A stretch of DNA of 60,371 bases, the filler included. It is 5 parts of 5 records of this genome, joined end to end, with 100 filler letters (N's around TTAATTAATTAA, not from the genome) between each part and the next. Parts side by side here need not be neighbours in the genome. Positions count along the whole stretch, not along the records: positions 6,182 to 16,472 come from DRR723986_5042; positions 16,573 to 46,175 come from DRR723986_5043; 3 more parts are not named here. One strand, 5' to 3'. Below are positions 10,051-20,829 of the stretch, piece by piece (the first letter of the stretch is position 1; every line of letters begins with the position of its first letter). The notes below the pieces were generated by a model that searched no databases, was not told the origin of the DNA, and saw only the letters and a program-made list of their open reading frames with translations. The position numbers and the translations under genes are program-made.

Positions 10051-11085
10051 TCAGCCGCGCAATGCGTGGACCTGTGCAAAGGACAGCAATTGTCGGCTGT
10101 CTTCATCCCAAAGGTGCAGCCGCGCATTGGCAAAGCTCTCACCGATGGTCATTCGATTGCCAACATCAAGGTCAGGATGGTCACGCAGGACATCTGGCAA
10201 TCGGTAAAACGGAATACGGCTGTAAAGGTGATGCACATGGTGAATACCGATATTGGCCGAAAGCCACTGCAACACAGGCGGCAACACATAGTGAGAGCTG
10301 CCGTGCAGCGCAGCGTCATGCAAATCCCAGTCGGTGCTTTTGTCCCAATGGGTTTCTTCAAACTGGTGCTGCACATAAAACAGCCAGACACCCGCCGTGG
10401 CCGCCAGCAACGTAGATGGCAAAAAGATCAAAAGAACCGGTGCCAGCCCGCCAAAATAGATCACCAGACCCAGCACCGCGAGGATTGCCGCATTGGTCGC
10501 CATCGCACTGATCCAGTATTTCGCGCGGCCCATCAGGCCAAGCGGGATACGGTTTTGCAACAAAAAGATGTATCCCGGCCCCAGACCGAACAGAACCAGC
10601 GGATTGCGATACAGCCGATAATGCAGCCGCATGATCCAAGACAGTTCCTGATACTCTTGAACCGTCATTGTATGAATGTCACCCATCCCGCGCCGGCACA
10701 GGTTGCCAGAGGAACTGTGATGAACAGAATGCGTGTGACGCCAAACGTCATAGGGCGTGACCGTCAGAACCCCAAGAACACGGCCCACCCAGTCACTAAA
10801 AGTACGGCTCTTGAAAAATGCGCCATGGCCGCAGTCGTGTTGGATCGCGAACAAGCGCAGCAAGAAACCCGCGTTCAGCAAAGACAGCCCGAAGGTCAAC
10901 CAATAGCTGACCGACATTGCGGCCCAGGCCAGCGCCCAAAGCAAGATAAATGGAACCAAGGTCACGGCAAGCTCAAACGCGCTGCGGGTGGTCGCAGGTT
11001 CGCGGTAGCCAGAAAGAACTTTCACCCAGTCGCGTGAAGCACGAATTTCGGGCGCTTGCCCGGTAGAATTTTTATTAAGGGACAT
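10051..11085 (-). CDS. membrane fatty-acid desaturase
   Basis: Three His boxes HDCGH, HSVHH, HHVHH; FYVQHQFE; several TM segments. Confidence 0.93.
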   Translation of the reverse strand: MSLNKNSTGQAPEIRASRDWVKVLSGYREPATTRSAFELAVTLVPFILLWALAWAAMSVSYWLTFGLSLLNAGFLLRLFAIQHDCGHGAFFKSRTFSDWVGRVLGVLTVTPYDVWRHTHSVHHSSSGNLCRRGMGDIHTMTVQEYQELSWIMRLHYRLYRNPLVLFGLGPGYIFLLQNRIPLGLMGRAKYWISAMATNAAILAVLGLVIYFGGLAPVLLIFLPSTLLAATAGVWLFYVQHQFEETHWDKSTDWDLHDAALHGSSHYVLPPVLQWLSANIGIHHVHHLYSRIPFYRLPDVLRDHPDLDVGNRMTIGESFANARLHLWDEDSRQLLSFAQVHALRG

Positions 11086-11259
11086 GCGCCTGCTTCTATC
11101 GTTTGAATTTCTGATAAACGATTAACCCGTCGAATCAAGAAGACTCTTGGGTCTTTGCCGCGTCATAAGGCCATTTTCAGCTTGTTTGGCCAAGGCGCCG
11201 CGCAGCCGCACACGCGGGCCATGGCAAGATCAACCTGAACGAAGCTTGGTAAATGCGAC

Positions 11260-12054
11260 TTAAACCGCCGCCAATGGGCGGATCTTGCCTTTGAAGACCA
11301 CCTGCGCAATCTCGGTAACCCGTTCGGCATTGTCGGCGGCGAGTGCGCCATCTGCGTTCCATAGGCTGTTTTCAAATCCGATCCGCAGCTTGCCGCCCGC
11401 ACCGGCAGCAGCGGCCAGACAAGCGGTCTCTTGGCGGCCAAAGGCGCAGACAGCCCAGTCCAACGGCCGGTCCAGCGCGGCCTGCCAGGCCAGAAATGGA
11501 TCAAGATCGGCAGGCACCGATTGTTGCCCATCGCTGTAGCGGCCCAAGACAAAGATCGCCTGCAACGGGCCTGCACCCAGCTGGCCTTGCCGCGCCAGTG
11601 TTTCAAATCTTTGCAAGTCTTCAGGGCCATAAAGAATATGCTGCACCGCAATCCCGTTGCCGGCTGCCCAATGGTAGAAATCCAGAACCGCGGTTTGATC
11701 ATCGTCTGCCGTCATCTCGGCCAAGGAGACCGACACCAGATCGGGCCGAACCTCCCGCACGATCCGGCGCTGCTCTGACGGGCTGTAGCGGCCAACGGCC
11801 TCGGTGGTGATCTGCACCGCCATGTCAGGCACCGCAGCATGCAACGCCTCAAGCGCCTCTCGGTATTGCCCGGCATCCAAAACATGCGCGCCCTGCGCAT
11901 CCCGGATGTGAAGATGCAGCCCGTCGGCACCGGCCCTGAAACAGGCCTCCGCGGTGTGCAGGATCTCTGGCAGAGTGATCGGCAGTTTGGGATGATCCGC
12001 CTTGGTTTTGCGGGCGCCTGTGGGCGCGACCATCAGCGCAGGCAATGGCGTCAC
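11260..12054 (-). CDS. beta-keto acid cleavage enzyme (BKACE/Kce, DUF849)
   Basis: MVAPTGARKTKADHP, HLHIRD zinc motif, RIGFENS; overlaps aminotransferase stop. Confidence 0.9.
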   Translation of the reverse strand: MTPLPALMVAPTGARKTKADHPKLPITLPEILHTAEACFRAGADGLHLHIRDAQGAHVLDAGQYREALEALHAAVPDMAVQITTEAVGRYSPSEQRRIVREVRPDLVSVSLAEMTADDDQTAVLDFYHWAAGNGIAVQHILYGPEDLQRFETLARQGQLGAGPLQAIFVLGRYSDGQQSVPADLDPFLAWQAALDRPLDWAVCAFGRQETACLAAAAGAGGKLRIGFENSLWNADGALAADNAERVTEIAQVVFKGKIRPLAAV

Positions 12055-13370
12055 AACACTGCCCCAATGGCGGTGCCCAGCTTGGTTACGATCTCGTCGA
12101 TATGGTTGTCCTCAAGGATAAACGGCGGTGCGAGCAAGATGTGATCACCGCGCACACCGTCAATCGTCCCGCCCATCGGATAACAGATCAGGCCCGCAGC
12201 AAATGTCTCTTTCTTGAGCAGCTTGTTGATGCCCCGTTCGGGCGCAAAGGGCGCTTTGGTCTCGCGGTCCTCGACAATCTCGATGCCGCGAAAGAGACCC
12301 CTGCCCCGTATATCGCCGATGTTGGGATGCTGGCCAAAGGCCTGCTCCAGCGCCGCCTGCAATTTGCCCCCCATCTCGGCAGAGCGGTCCACCAGCCCGG
12401 CATCTGTGAGCTTGGTCAGCACGGCAAGCGAAGCGGCACAGGCGGTCGGATGGCCGACATAGGTGTGCCCATGCTGAAAAAAGCCGCTGCCATCCTCGAT
12501 CGCGGCATAAATCCTGGCGCTGCACAGCATCGCACCAATCGCCTGATATCCCGCGCCCAGCCCCTTGGCGATGGCGATGATATCGGGCGCAACGCCGTCT
12601 TCTTCGCAGGCAAACAGCTTGCCCGTGCGGCCCATACCGCACATCACCTCATCCAGGATAAGCAACACGCCATAGCGGTCGCAAATCTCGCGGATGCGTT
12701 TGAAATATCCCTCAACCGCCGGCACCGCACCAGCGGTCGCCCCGACCACAGGTTCGGCCACAAAGGCAAAAACGCTATCCTCGCCCAAACGCTTGATCTC
12801 GGCCTCCAATTCATTGGCAACGCGGATGCCATACTCCAACGTGGTTTCCTCATACCGCTTGCCGCGATACTCAAAACAAGGCGAAATATGGGTGGTCTCG
12901 ACCATCAACGGGGCAAAGGGCGCACGCCGCCATTCATTGCCGCCGGTGGCCAAAGCGCCCAAGGTATTGCCATGATAGCTTTGCCGCCTTGCAATCACAT
13001 GGCGGCGCTGGGGCTCGCCGATCTCGACAAAGTATTGCCGCGCCAGTTTGAGCGCGGCTTCCATCGCCTCGGACCCGCCGGACACCAGATAAACCCGGTC
13101 AATGCCTTCGGGCGCATGGGAAATCAGCTTGTCCGCCAGTTGTTCTGCGGGATCGGAGGTAAAGAAACTGGTGTGCGCATAGGCGATGCTGTCCAACTGG
13201 CCTTTGATTGCGGCAATCACATCGGGATCACCATGGCCAAGGCAAGACACTGCCGCCCCACCTGATCCGTCAAAATACTGTTTGCCCGATTGATCATAAA
13301 GATAGACCCCCTCGCCGCGCGCGACGGTGGGAAGGTTGGATTTGGTATGGCGCGGAAAGACATGTGACAC
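12051..13370 (-). CDS. class III (omega) PLP aminotransferase
   Basis: DGSGGAAVSCLGH, SYHGNTLG, ILDEVMCGMGRTG, IAKGLGAGY; probable GTG start at 13370 (MSHVFPRH) rather than 13454. Confidence 0.92.
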   Translation of the reverse strand: MSHVFPRHTKSNLPTVARGEGVYLYDQSGKQYFDGSGGAAVSCLGHGDPDVIAAIKGQLDSIAYAHTSFFTSDPAEQLADKLISHAPEGIDRVYLVSGGSEAMEAALKLARQYFVEIGEPQRRHVIARRQSYHGNTLGALATGGNEWRRAPFAPLMVETTHISPCFEYRGKRYEETTLEYGIRVANELEAEIKRLGEDSVFAFVAEPVVGATAGAVPAVEGYFKRIREICDRYGVLLILDEVMCGMGRTGKLFACEEDGVAPDIIAIAKGLGAGYQAIGAMLCSARIYAAIEDGSGFFQHGHTYVGHPTACAASLAVLTKLTDAGLVDRSAEMGGKLQAALEQAFGQHPNIGDIRGRGLFRGIEIVEDRETKAPFAPERGINKLLKKETFAAGLICYPMGGTIDGVRGDHILLAPPFILEDNHIDEIVTKLGTAIGAVL

Positions 13371-13479
13371 GGGAAGAACCCCCATTGGTGAAGCTGCCAT
13401 ATTGAAACATACGATTCTGTGATTGACTAGATGTGAAACAGATGAAACACTCACCTGATGCAGTCATCGGGGGGATGAT

Positions 13480-14346
13480 TTGTCGGATCTGTCGTTTGAA
13501 CAACAACTGTCGGGAAAATACGCCACGCTCAGCGCCAAGCTGAAGGAGGCGGCCGATTTTGTTGTGTCAAATCCGGTCGATGTCGCGACTCGCAGCCTGC
13601 GCACCATTTCCAAAGACGCCAAGCTGGCCCCGGCCACCTTTTCGCGCATGTCCAGCGCCCTCGGTTTTACCAGCTATGAAGAATTACGCGATCTGTTGCG
13701 ATTGGAAATCCAGCACCGGCCCGGATCATTTTCGCGCGGCGTCGAGGCCTTGCAGCAAAGCCATGATGAGGGCGACCCTGACTTTATCGCGCTGCATACC
13801 AATGCCTGCGCCTCGAACCTGCAAGCCCTGACCGGCCAGATCGACAAGGCCCGGCTCGATGCCTGTGTGGACCAGCTTTATCAAGCGCGGCGGGTGCTGG
13901 TGACAGGGGCGCTGGGGTCAACCGGTGTTGCGGAATACCTCACCTATATGGCCAGTTTCCTCTTTGACAACTGGTCCATGGCCAGCCGCATGGGCGCATC
14001 CCTGGCAAGCGGTCTGGTGGGGCTGTCCACCAACGACGCGCTGATCGTGATCACCAAACCGCCCTTTGCCAGCAAATCCATCAATGCCGCCAAAGAGGCT
14101 TTTGATGCGGGCGCCTATGTCGTGGTCATCACCGACACGCACACCTGCCCGGCGCTGGCCTATGCAACGGACAGCTTTATCGTGCCGACACAAAGTCCGC
14201 ATTTCTTTTCATCCTACACAACCACTTTGGTCCTGTGCGAAATCCTGATTGGCAAATTAGCCGCAATTTCAGGCACGTCCGCGCGGCACCGGATTGCCGA
14301 AGTGGAAAACAAGAATCGTCGTCTCAGCGAGGTCTGGGACGGCTGA
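13480..14346 (+). CDS. MurR/RpiR-family transcriptional regulator
   Basis: N-terminal HTH (SLRTISKDAKLAPATFSRMSSALGFTSYEEL) plus SIS domain (VVVITD). Confidence 0.9.
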   Translation: MSDLSFEQQLSGKYATLSAKLKEAADFVVSNPVDVATRSLRTISKDAKLAPATFSRMSSALGFTSYEELRDLLRLEIQHRPGSFSRGVEALQQSHDEGDPDFIALHTNACASNLQALTGQIDKARLDACVDQLYQARRVLVTGALGSTGVAEYLTYMASFLFDNWSMASRMGASLASGLVGLSTNDALIVITKPPFASKSINAAKEAFDAGAYVVVITDTHTCPALAYATDSFIVPTQSPHFFSSYTTTLVLCEILIGKLAAISGTSARHRIAEVENKNRRLSEVWDG

Positions 14347-14383
14347 CATCACCAAAAGTAAACATCAAACAAGGAGAGTATAG

Positions 14384-15352
14384 ATGTCTATCAACTGGAA
14401 ATTTTCTGCCGCAGGTCTGGCGCTGGGTGCGCTGATGGCACCTGCCGCGATGGCCGAAGAGTTCATCACAATCGGCACCGGCGGCGTAACCGGCGTGTAC
14501 TACCCAACGGGCGGCGCGATCTGCCGTTTGGTCAACAAAGGCCGCAAGGAACACGGCATCCGCTGCTCCGTGGAATCCACGGGCGGGTCGGTCTACAACA
14601 TCAACACCATCCGTGAGGGTGAGCTTGAGTTTGGTGTGGCCCAGTCCGACTGGCAGTACCACGCCTATAACGGCACATCCAAGTTTGCGGATGCTGGCAA
14701 GTTCGAAGGTCTCCGGGCGGTGTTCTCTGTCCACCCAGAGCCTTTTACCGTTGTGGCCCGCGCCGACGCTGGCGTGAAAAACTTTGACGACCTCAAAGGC
14801 AAGCGCGTCAATATCGGCAACCCCGGTTCCGGTCAGCGCGGCACAATGGAAGTTCTGCTGGAGGCCAAAGGCTGGACCACAGGTGATTTCGCATTGGCAA
14901 CCGAGTTGAAAGCGGCAGAACAGTCCGCGGCGCTCTGTGACAACCAGATTGATGCAATGGTCTACACCGTTGGCCACCCGTCCGGTTCCATCCAGGAAGC
15001 CACAACCGCCTGCGATTCCGTTCTGGTGACCGTTGATGGCGACGCTGTGAATGGCCTGATCGCGGACAACCCCTTCTACCGTTCCGCCACAATTCCGGGC
15101 GGCATGTATCGCGGCAATGACGGCGACACGATGACATTTGGTGTGGGCGCCACATTCGTGACCTCCACAGACGTGTCCGAGGAAGCGGTCTATGCGGTTG
15201 TGAAATCGGTGATGGAAAACATCGACGATTTCAAAAAGCTGCACCCAGCGTTCGCCAACCTTGACCCCAAGGAAATGGCAACCGCGGGTCTGTCCGCACC
15301 GCTGCACCCCGGTGCCGCGAAATACTACAAAGAAGCGGGCATCATCGAATAA
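14384..15352 (+). CDS. TAXI-family TRAP solute-binding protein
   Basis: Signal peptide; [46 protein letters not shown]. Confidence 0.95.
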   Translation: MSINWKFSAAGLALGALMAPAAMAEEFITIGTGGVTGVYYPTGGAICRLVNKGRKEHGIRCSVESTGGSVYNINTIREGELEFGVAQSDWQYHAYNGTSKFADAGKFEGLRAVFSVHPEPFTVVARADAGVKNFDDLKGKRVNIGNPGSGQRGTMEVLLEAKGWTTGDFALATELKAAEQSAALCDNQIDAMVYTVGHPSGSIQEATTACDSVLVTVDGDAVNGLIADNPFYRSATIPGGMYRGNDGDTMTFGVGATFVTSTDVSEEAVYAVVKSVMENIDDFKKLHPAFANLDPKEMATAGLSAPLHPGAAKYYKEAGIIE

Positions 15353-15365
15353 TCGAGAGCCCATC

Positions 15366-15391
15366 AGAAAGGGGCGTTCGCGCCCCTTTCT
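15366..15391 (+). terminator. intercistronic hairpin after the solute-binding protein gene
   Basis: AGAAAGGGGCG-TTCG-CGCCCCTTTCT, perfect 11-bp stem followed by TT. Confidence 0.75.
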
Positions 15392-15447
15392 TTACGACCA
15401 GATAGAACAAAAAAGCAGCAATTTCTGCACTCAGGGGGACATTCTTC

Positions 15448-16472
15448 ATGGCCGAAAATTCACAAAACAGAGCGTTAAGCGAAGAGGAGCTTCAGGATCT
15501 TGTTGCCTCCTCCGACGCGGGCGCACGCGATCCTGCGGGGGGTGTCGGCACAATGCTGGCCATCGTCGCTGTGGTCTGGTCTTTGTTTCAGGTCTTGTTG
15601 GCCTCGCCGCTGGCCAATTACGTCCTGCCCGGCGATGTGATCAACAACTCGCGGCAGGTGCATTTGGCCTTTGCGGTCTTTTTGGCCTTCATGGCCTACC
15701 CCGCCTTTAAATCCAGCCCCCGCCATTACATCCCCATCGCCGATTGGATCATGGCCCTCGCCGGTGCATTCATCGCGCTGTATGGCTTTATCTTTTACCA
15801 AAAGATCGTTGACGCGGGCGGTCTGGCCGATGACGTGGACAAATGGTTCGCGCTGGCCGGTCTGCTGCTGCTGTTTGAAGGTGCGCGCCGCGCCCTCGGA
15901 CCCGCCATGGCAATTATTGCAGTGATCTTTCTGGGCTATGTGTTCTTTGGTTCATCCGAGATTGTGCCCGATGTCATCCGCTGGAAAGGCGCTTCGCTGA
16001 AAAAGGCGATGAGCCATATGTGGATCACCTCAGAAGGTGTCTTTGGTATCGCCCTTGGGGTATCGACCAAGTTTGTTTTCCTCTTTGTTCTCTTCGGTGC
16101 CCTGCTCGATAAAGCGGGTGCCGGGAACTACTTTATCAAGATGGCATTTGGCGCCCTTGGCCACCTCAAAGGCGGCCCAGCCAAAGCGGCGGTTGTCGGC
16201 TCTGCTGCGACCGGCCTGATCTCCGGCTCCTCCATCGCCAATGTTGTGACCACAGGCACATTCACCATTCCCCTGATGAAACGTGTTGGGTTCTCGTCTG
16301 AAAAGGCGGGCGCGGTTGAGGTTGCCTCCTCCGTGAACGGTCAGATCATGCCACCGGTGATGGGCGCGGCGGCGTTCCTGATGGTGGAATATGTCGGCAT
16401 TTCCTATGTCGAGGTGATCACCCATGCCTTCTTGCCGGCGACGATTTCCTACATCGCGCTGGTCTATATCGT
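15448..16472 (+). CDS. TRAP transporter fused (4TM/12TM) permease, 3'-truncated
   Basis: EGVFGIALGVS, GGPAKAAVV, SGSSIANVVTTGTFTIPLMK, GQIMPPVMGAAAF; runs into spacer. Confidence 0.93.
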
Positions 16473-16572
16473 NNNNNNNNNNNNNNNNNNNNNNNNNNNN
16501 NNNNNNNNNNNNNNNNTTAATTAATTAANNNNNNNNNNNNNNNNNNNNNNNNNNNNNNNNNNNNNNNNNNNN
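16473..16572. other. artificial contig spacer
   Basis: 44 N + TTAATTAATTAA + 44 N. Confidence 0.99.
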
Positions 16573-17400
16573 AGCATGTCACTCGCACCGCACATGATGC
16601 CAAACGCACGTACCGGCATCAAATACGGCAATGCCCAAATCATTGATCATATGGCACTAGACGGCCTGACGGATGCCTATGAAGGCGGCCCTATGGGCGT
16701 TTTTGCAGAATTATGTGCCGAGCACTATCAATTCAGCCGCGAGGCTCAAGACGCATATGCGATTGAATCGCTAAAGCGTGCGCAAAAAGCCATTGAAGAC
16801 GGCTCTTTTAAGGGTGAAGTAACCCCCGTTACGGTCAAAGGCCGACGCGGTGATGTTGAAGTTGCCCAAGACGAACAGCCGATGAAAGCGCGGTTTGACA
16901 AAATCCCAACCCTGCGCCCTGCCTTTAAGAAAGATGGCACTGTAACCGCTGCCAACGCCAGTTCAATTTCTGACGGTGCTGCGGCACTTGTTATGATGAC
17001 TTCGAGCGAAGCGGAAAAACGCGGGCTTATCCCCCTTGCCACGGTGAAAGCACACGCAAACTTTGCCCATGAGCCAGAATGGTTCACCACGGCACCGATT
17101 ACAGCGGTGAAAAGCGTCATGGAAAAGGCTGGATGGACAACTGAAGACGTTGACCTGTTTGAAATTAACGAAGCTTTTGCCGTGGTGCCAATGGCTGCAA
17201 TGCAAGAGCTGGGCCTTGACCACGCGAAGGTGAATGTGAACGGCGGTGCATGCGCACTAGGTCACCCTATCGGGGCCTCAGGCGCGCGCATCTGCGTAAC
17301 ACTCATTAACGCTCTCAAGAAGCGCGGTCTGAAAACCGGCGTTGCCAGCCTGTGCATTGGCGGCGGCGAAGCAACAGCCATCGCGCTTGAAGTGGCATAA
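16573..17400 (+). CDS. acetyl-CoA C-acyltransferase (thiolase), 5'-truncated
   Basis: EINEAF, GGACALGHPIGASG, LCIGGG. Confidence 0.95.
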   Translation, partial: SMSLAPHMMPNARTGIKYGNAQIIDHMALDGLTDAYEGGPMGVFAELCAEHYQFSREAQDAYAIESLKRAQKAIEDGSFKGEVTPVTVKGRRGDVEVAQDEQPMKARFDKIPTLRPAFKKDGTVTAANASSISDGAAALVMMTSSEAEKRGLIPLATVKAHANFAHEPEWFTTAPITAVKSVMEKAGWTTEDVDLFEINEAFAVVPMAAMQELGLDHAKVNVNGGACALGHPIGASGARICVTLINALKKRGLKTGVASLCIGGGEATAIALEVA

Positions 17401-17448
17401 GCCGGCGTATTGCAACGAAAACGGCCTTTCGACGAGTAGGATAAAGGT

Positions 17449-18582
17449 ATGATGCTCACTGAAGAACAGCGCATGGTGCAAGACATGGCCCGCGCCTTCG
17501 CGCGTGATGAAATTGCCCCTAAAGCGGCAGCATGGGAAAAAGCGGGCGAAATTCCGGCTGATTTTCTGCGTGAAATGGGCGCACTTGGCCTCATGGGCAT
17601 GACCGTACCAGAAGAATGGGATGGCGCAGAAACAGATTATACTTCCTATGCACTCGCGTTAATCGAGGTTGCTGCCGGAGACGGTGGATTGTCGACGCTT
17701 ATGAGCGTCAACAACGCCCCTGTTTGCGCCGCTATCCTTGCCAATGGCAGCGCCGAACAAAAAGAACGCTTTCTCAAGCCCCTCGCCCGCGGTGATATGA
17801 TCGGCGCCTTCTGCTTAACCGAACCACAAGCTGGCTCAGATGCTTCGCAGTTAAAAACAAAAGCCGAGCGCACCAACAGCGGCTGGAAGTTAAATGGCAC
17901 CAAACAATTCATAACCTCTGGCAAAATTGCAGGTGTGGCAATTGTGTTTGCTGTCACTGACCCTTCCGCTGGTAAGCGAGGGCTTTCTGCGTTTCTGGTA
18001 CCAACCGATACACCCGGCTACCGGGTTGCCAGCGTTGAGCATAAGCTGGGGCAAAAGTCATCAGACACGTGTCAGATCACTTTTGAAGATATGGAAGTAC
18101 CAACCGACTGCCTGATGGGCGCGGAAGGCGACGGCTATAAAATTGCGCTTTCCAATTTGGAAACTGGCCGTATCGGCATTGCAGCACAGTCAGTGGGCAT
18201 GGCAAAGGCCGCTTATGACTATGCCCTTAATTATGCAAAAGAACGCGAAACCTTTGGAAAACCCATCGTTGACCATCAGGCTGTCGGCTTTCGCCTCGCT
18301 GACATGGCAACCGAGCTGCAGGCAGCAGAACTAATGGTGCTTAATGCTGCATCAAAAAAAGATGCTGGCGAACCCTGCTTGAAAGAAGCCTGCATGGCGA
18401 AGTTATTTGCCAGTGAAACCGCTGAGAAAATATGCTCTGCGGCCATTCAAACCCTTGGTGGCTATGGCTATTTGTCAGAATACCCGGTCGAGCGTATCTA
18501 CCGCGATGTAAAGGTTTGCCAAATTTACGAAGGCACATCTGACATCCAGCGCATGGTTATCAACCGCGAAATCAAGAAGTAG
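17449..18582 (+). CDS. acyl-CoA dehydrogenase
   Basis: FCLTEPQAGSDA, NGTKQFIT, QTLGGYGY, QIYEGTSDIQR. Confidence 0.95.
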   Translation: MMLTEEQRMVQDMARAFARDEIAPKAAAWEKAGEIPADFLREMGALGLMGMTVPEEWDGAETDYTSYALALIEVAAGDGGLSTLMSVNNAPVCAAILANGSAEQKERFLKPLARGDMIGAFCLTEPQAGSDASQLKTKAERTNSGWKLNGTKQFITSGKIAGVAIVFAVTDPSAGKRGLSAFLVPTDTPGYRVASVEHKLGQKSSDTCQITFEDMEVPTDCLMGAEGDGYKIALSNLETGRIGIAAQSVGMAKAAYDYALNYAKERETFGKPIVDHQAVGFRLADMATELQAAELMVLNAASKKDAGEPCLKEACMAKLFASETAEKICSAAIQTLGGYGYLSEYPVERIYRDVKVCQIYEGTSDIQRMVINREIKK

Positions 18583-18592
18583 CCACTGGCCT

Positions 18593-19405
18593 TTACTCCC
18601 GCGCCAACATGCTTTCAATTTCGGTCAGCATGTCATAGGTGGCCTTCTTGCCCAGCGCGATCAACTCGTCTGCCTGCGTAAAGTCGGCCATATCGATGTG
18701 GCCGATACGCGGGGTAATCAGCACATCAGGCATATCAGTTTTCAGATTAGCCTGACTAAGCGCCCGAAGCGCCAATGACCAGCCTGCCCTTGCTGTTTTC
18801 ATCGCTGCAAGGGAGGGCTTTTTCATGTCGGGGTCAAAACCAAGCCTGCGTGACCGGCCCCGATAATCACCCTGCAAGTCTATGGCAATAATCTTGTTCG
18901 CGCCCAAGTTTCGTGCTGCTTGCACTGGTATGGGGTCTGCAACGCCGCCATCAACTAGCAGCAAGCTCTCGGTTTGCACTGGTGGCAACATGCCCGGAAT
19001 GGCGGACGACGCCCTAAGTGCTGTCACAACATCGCCGCGGTCCATAACCACTTTTTCGCCCGAATAGAGGTCAGCGGCCACGGCAGCAAAAGGTTTAACC
19101 AACTCTTCAATAGTTTTATGGCCAAAATGGCTGCGCAGACGCTGCTCAATTTTTCCTGCGCCCAGCAAGCTACCTTTCTTAAAGCCCAGTTCACCCATCG
19201 ACAGCATTTCACGCAGCGATATTTCACGGGCGATATCTTCCAGTTCATCAAGGATATCAGCGGCAATGCATGCACCAACGATTGCGCCGATGCTGGTACC
19301 AGACACAACATCAATGGGAACGCCTTCGTCTTCGAGTACGCGCACAACGCCAATATGCGCCCATCCAAGCCCTGCACCACCACCCAGCGCCAATCCTACT
19401 GCCAT
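18593..19405 (-). CDS. patatin-like phospholipase (RssA-like)
   Basis: LALGGGAGLG, GTSIG, DGG motifs; probable start MAVGLAL at 19405 behind SD AGGAG. Confidence 0.92.
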   Translation of the reverse strand: MAVGLALGGGAGLGWAHIGVVRVLEDEGVPIDVVSGTSIGAIVGACIAADILDELEDIAREISLREMLSMGELGFKKGSLLGAGKIEQRLRSHFGHKTIEELVKPFAAVAADLYSGEKVVMDRGDVVTALRASSAIPGMLPPVQTESLLLVDGGVADPIPVQAARNLGANKIIAIDLQGDYRGRSRRLGFDPDMKKPSLAAMKTARAGWSLALRALSQANLKTDMPDVLITPRIGHIDMADFTQADELIALGKKATYDMLTEIESMLARE

Positions 19406-19464
19406 GAAAAACTCCTGTTTTCTTTTAGAAGTGGGAACAGGAAACCCGCCTTGCAAGGTTTTAG

Positions 19465-20826
19465 TTACAGAATTCCTCGGCTTTGCTGACTTTGCATTTG
19501 CTCGACAATCTCAGGGTTCCCGTAGCGCAGCGGTGACAACATATCTGCGTAATCAGGCAATTCGCGGTCTAGCACATGCCGCGCTAGCAAATCCCCGCTG
19601 GCGCAAGCGGCCATTGTGCCAAAACCAGATAAAGCGCCAGCAACATAAAAACCATCAACATCCGTCGGCCCCAAAAGTGGCCAATTCTCTTCTGTCAGCG
19701 TATAAAACCCGCCGTAATGCACCATGCTGCGCGGCAACTGGCCGTAATAGGCTTTCAGTGCCGGGTTGAGCCGGGCAGCCCCGCGTAGGACTATCTCAGG
19801 GAACTGATCATCAAAAGACGGTGTAAAGGAAACCGGTGCTGTCGCCTGATTGTAAGCCCAACCAAGCTTTACCCATGTGCCGTTATCGCCGCCTTCTGGC
19901 CTGCAATGGACCGCCCCCGGTAATTCCTCTGCTAACCAGGAAAAATCAGGGTCATCAGCCAAAAGCTGCTGTTCTTCTTTGCTCCAGTCCAGATGTTGTG
20001 GGTCCAGGTCAATAGCGAATGGCATGGTGCGGTTGATTGCCTTCTTGGTGTCTTCAAAAGCAATTTTCTGCTGAACCCAGTTTTCAATCGGTAACTCAAC
20101 ACCCAATTTTGCTGCCAACTCACCAACAAACGGCCCAGCAGCATTTACAATCTGGTCTGCCCTTATCTTGTCGCCGCCCAGCAATGTAACGCTGTAAATG
20201 TTGCCCCGTTCTATGTTTTCAACTTTACTGGTTAATCGTTTGCCGCCCGCTTCCCGAAAAGCCTGCAGCATATATTGCCCCATTTGCTGCCCACTGATCA
20301 TACCAGCGCGGCGAATATGAATGACGGAACGAATGTCTTTGTCAAAATAGGGAAAGCTTTTTTCGATCAATGCCTTGTCGGTCAATACATCAACGCCTCC
20401 TAGGGCGCTTTGCCAGTCCGCCTTTACAGCCGGGCGATACGCAGCAGCACTGTTGCGATCATGAATGCGTATCTGGTTGTGCGAACTACCGGCATACCCC
20501 GCATTTAACTGTTCCAAATGCTCATCAATGTCTATGTGGCGTGTAGCTAAAACATAGCCGCGACGGGTCATCTGGAGGATGTTTTCACTGTCCTTTGCAA
20601 TCTCCTCCATCAGGTCAATACTATGGTCTGTAAAAGCCCGCATCATGGGGTTTGGCCACCAGTTACGATAATTTTCGCCTGACTGCGCCGATGTAAATGC
20701 CATTGGTTGTCCGCAGTCAACTAATGTGACATCTACTTTAGGATCGTGCTTCTTTAAATAGTAAGCGACCGAAATGCCAACGCTGCCCGCACCGACAACT
20801 AATATATTTGTTCTATCGTCAGTCAT
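19465..20826 (-). CDS. FAD-dependent oxidoreductase (DAO/sarcosine oxidase-like)
   Basis: VVGAGSVG, VNAAGPF, GALSGFGTMAA. Confidence 0.85.
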   Translation of the reverse strand: MTDDRTNILVVGAGSVGISVAYYLKKHDPKVDVTLVDCGQPMAFTSAQSGENYRNWWPNPMMRAFTDHSIDLMEEIAKDSENILQMTRRGYVLATRHIDIDEHLEQLNAGYAGSSHNQIRIHDRNSAAAYRPAVKADWQSALGGVDVLTDKALIEKSFPYFDKDIRSVIHIRRAGMISGQQMGQYMLQAFREAGGKRLTSKVENIERGNIYSVTLLGGDKIRADQIVNAAGPFVGELAAKLGVELPIENWVQQKIAFEDTKKAINRTMPFAIDLDPQHLDWSKEEQQLLADDPDFSWLAEELPGAVHCRPEGGDNGTWVKLGWAYNQATAPVSFTPSFDDQFPEIVLRGAARLNPALKAYYGQLPRSMVHYGGFYTLTEENWPLLGPTDVDGFYVAGALSGFGTMAACASGDLLARHVLDRELPDYADMLSPLRYGNPEIVEQMQSQQSRGIL

Positions 20827-20829
20827 TTT

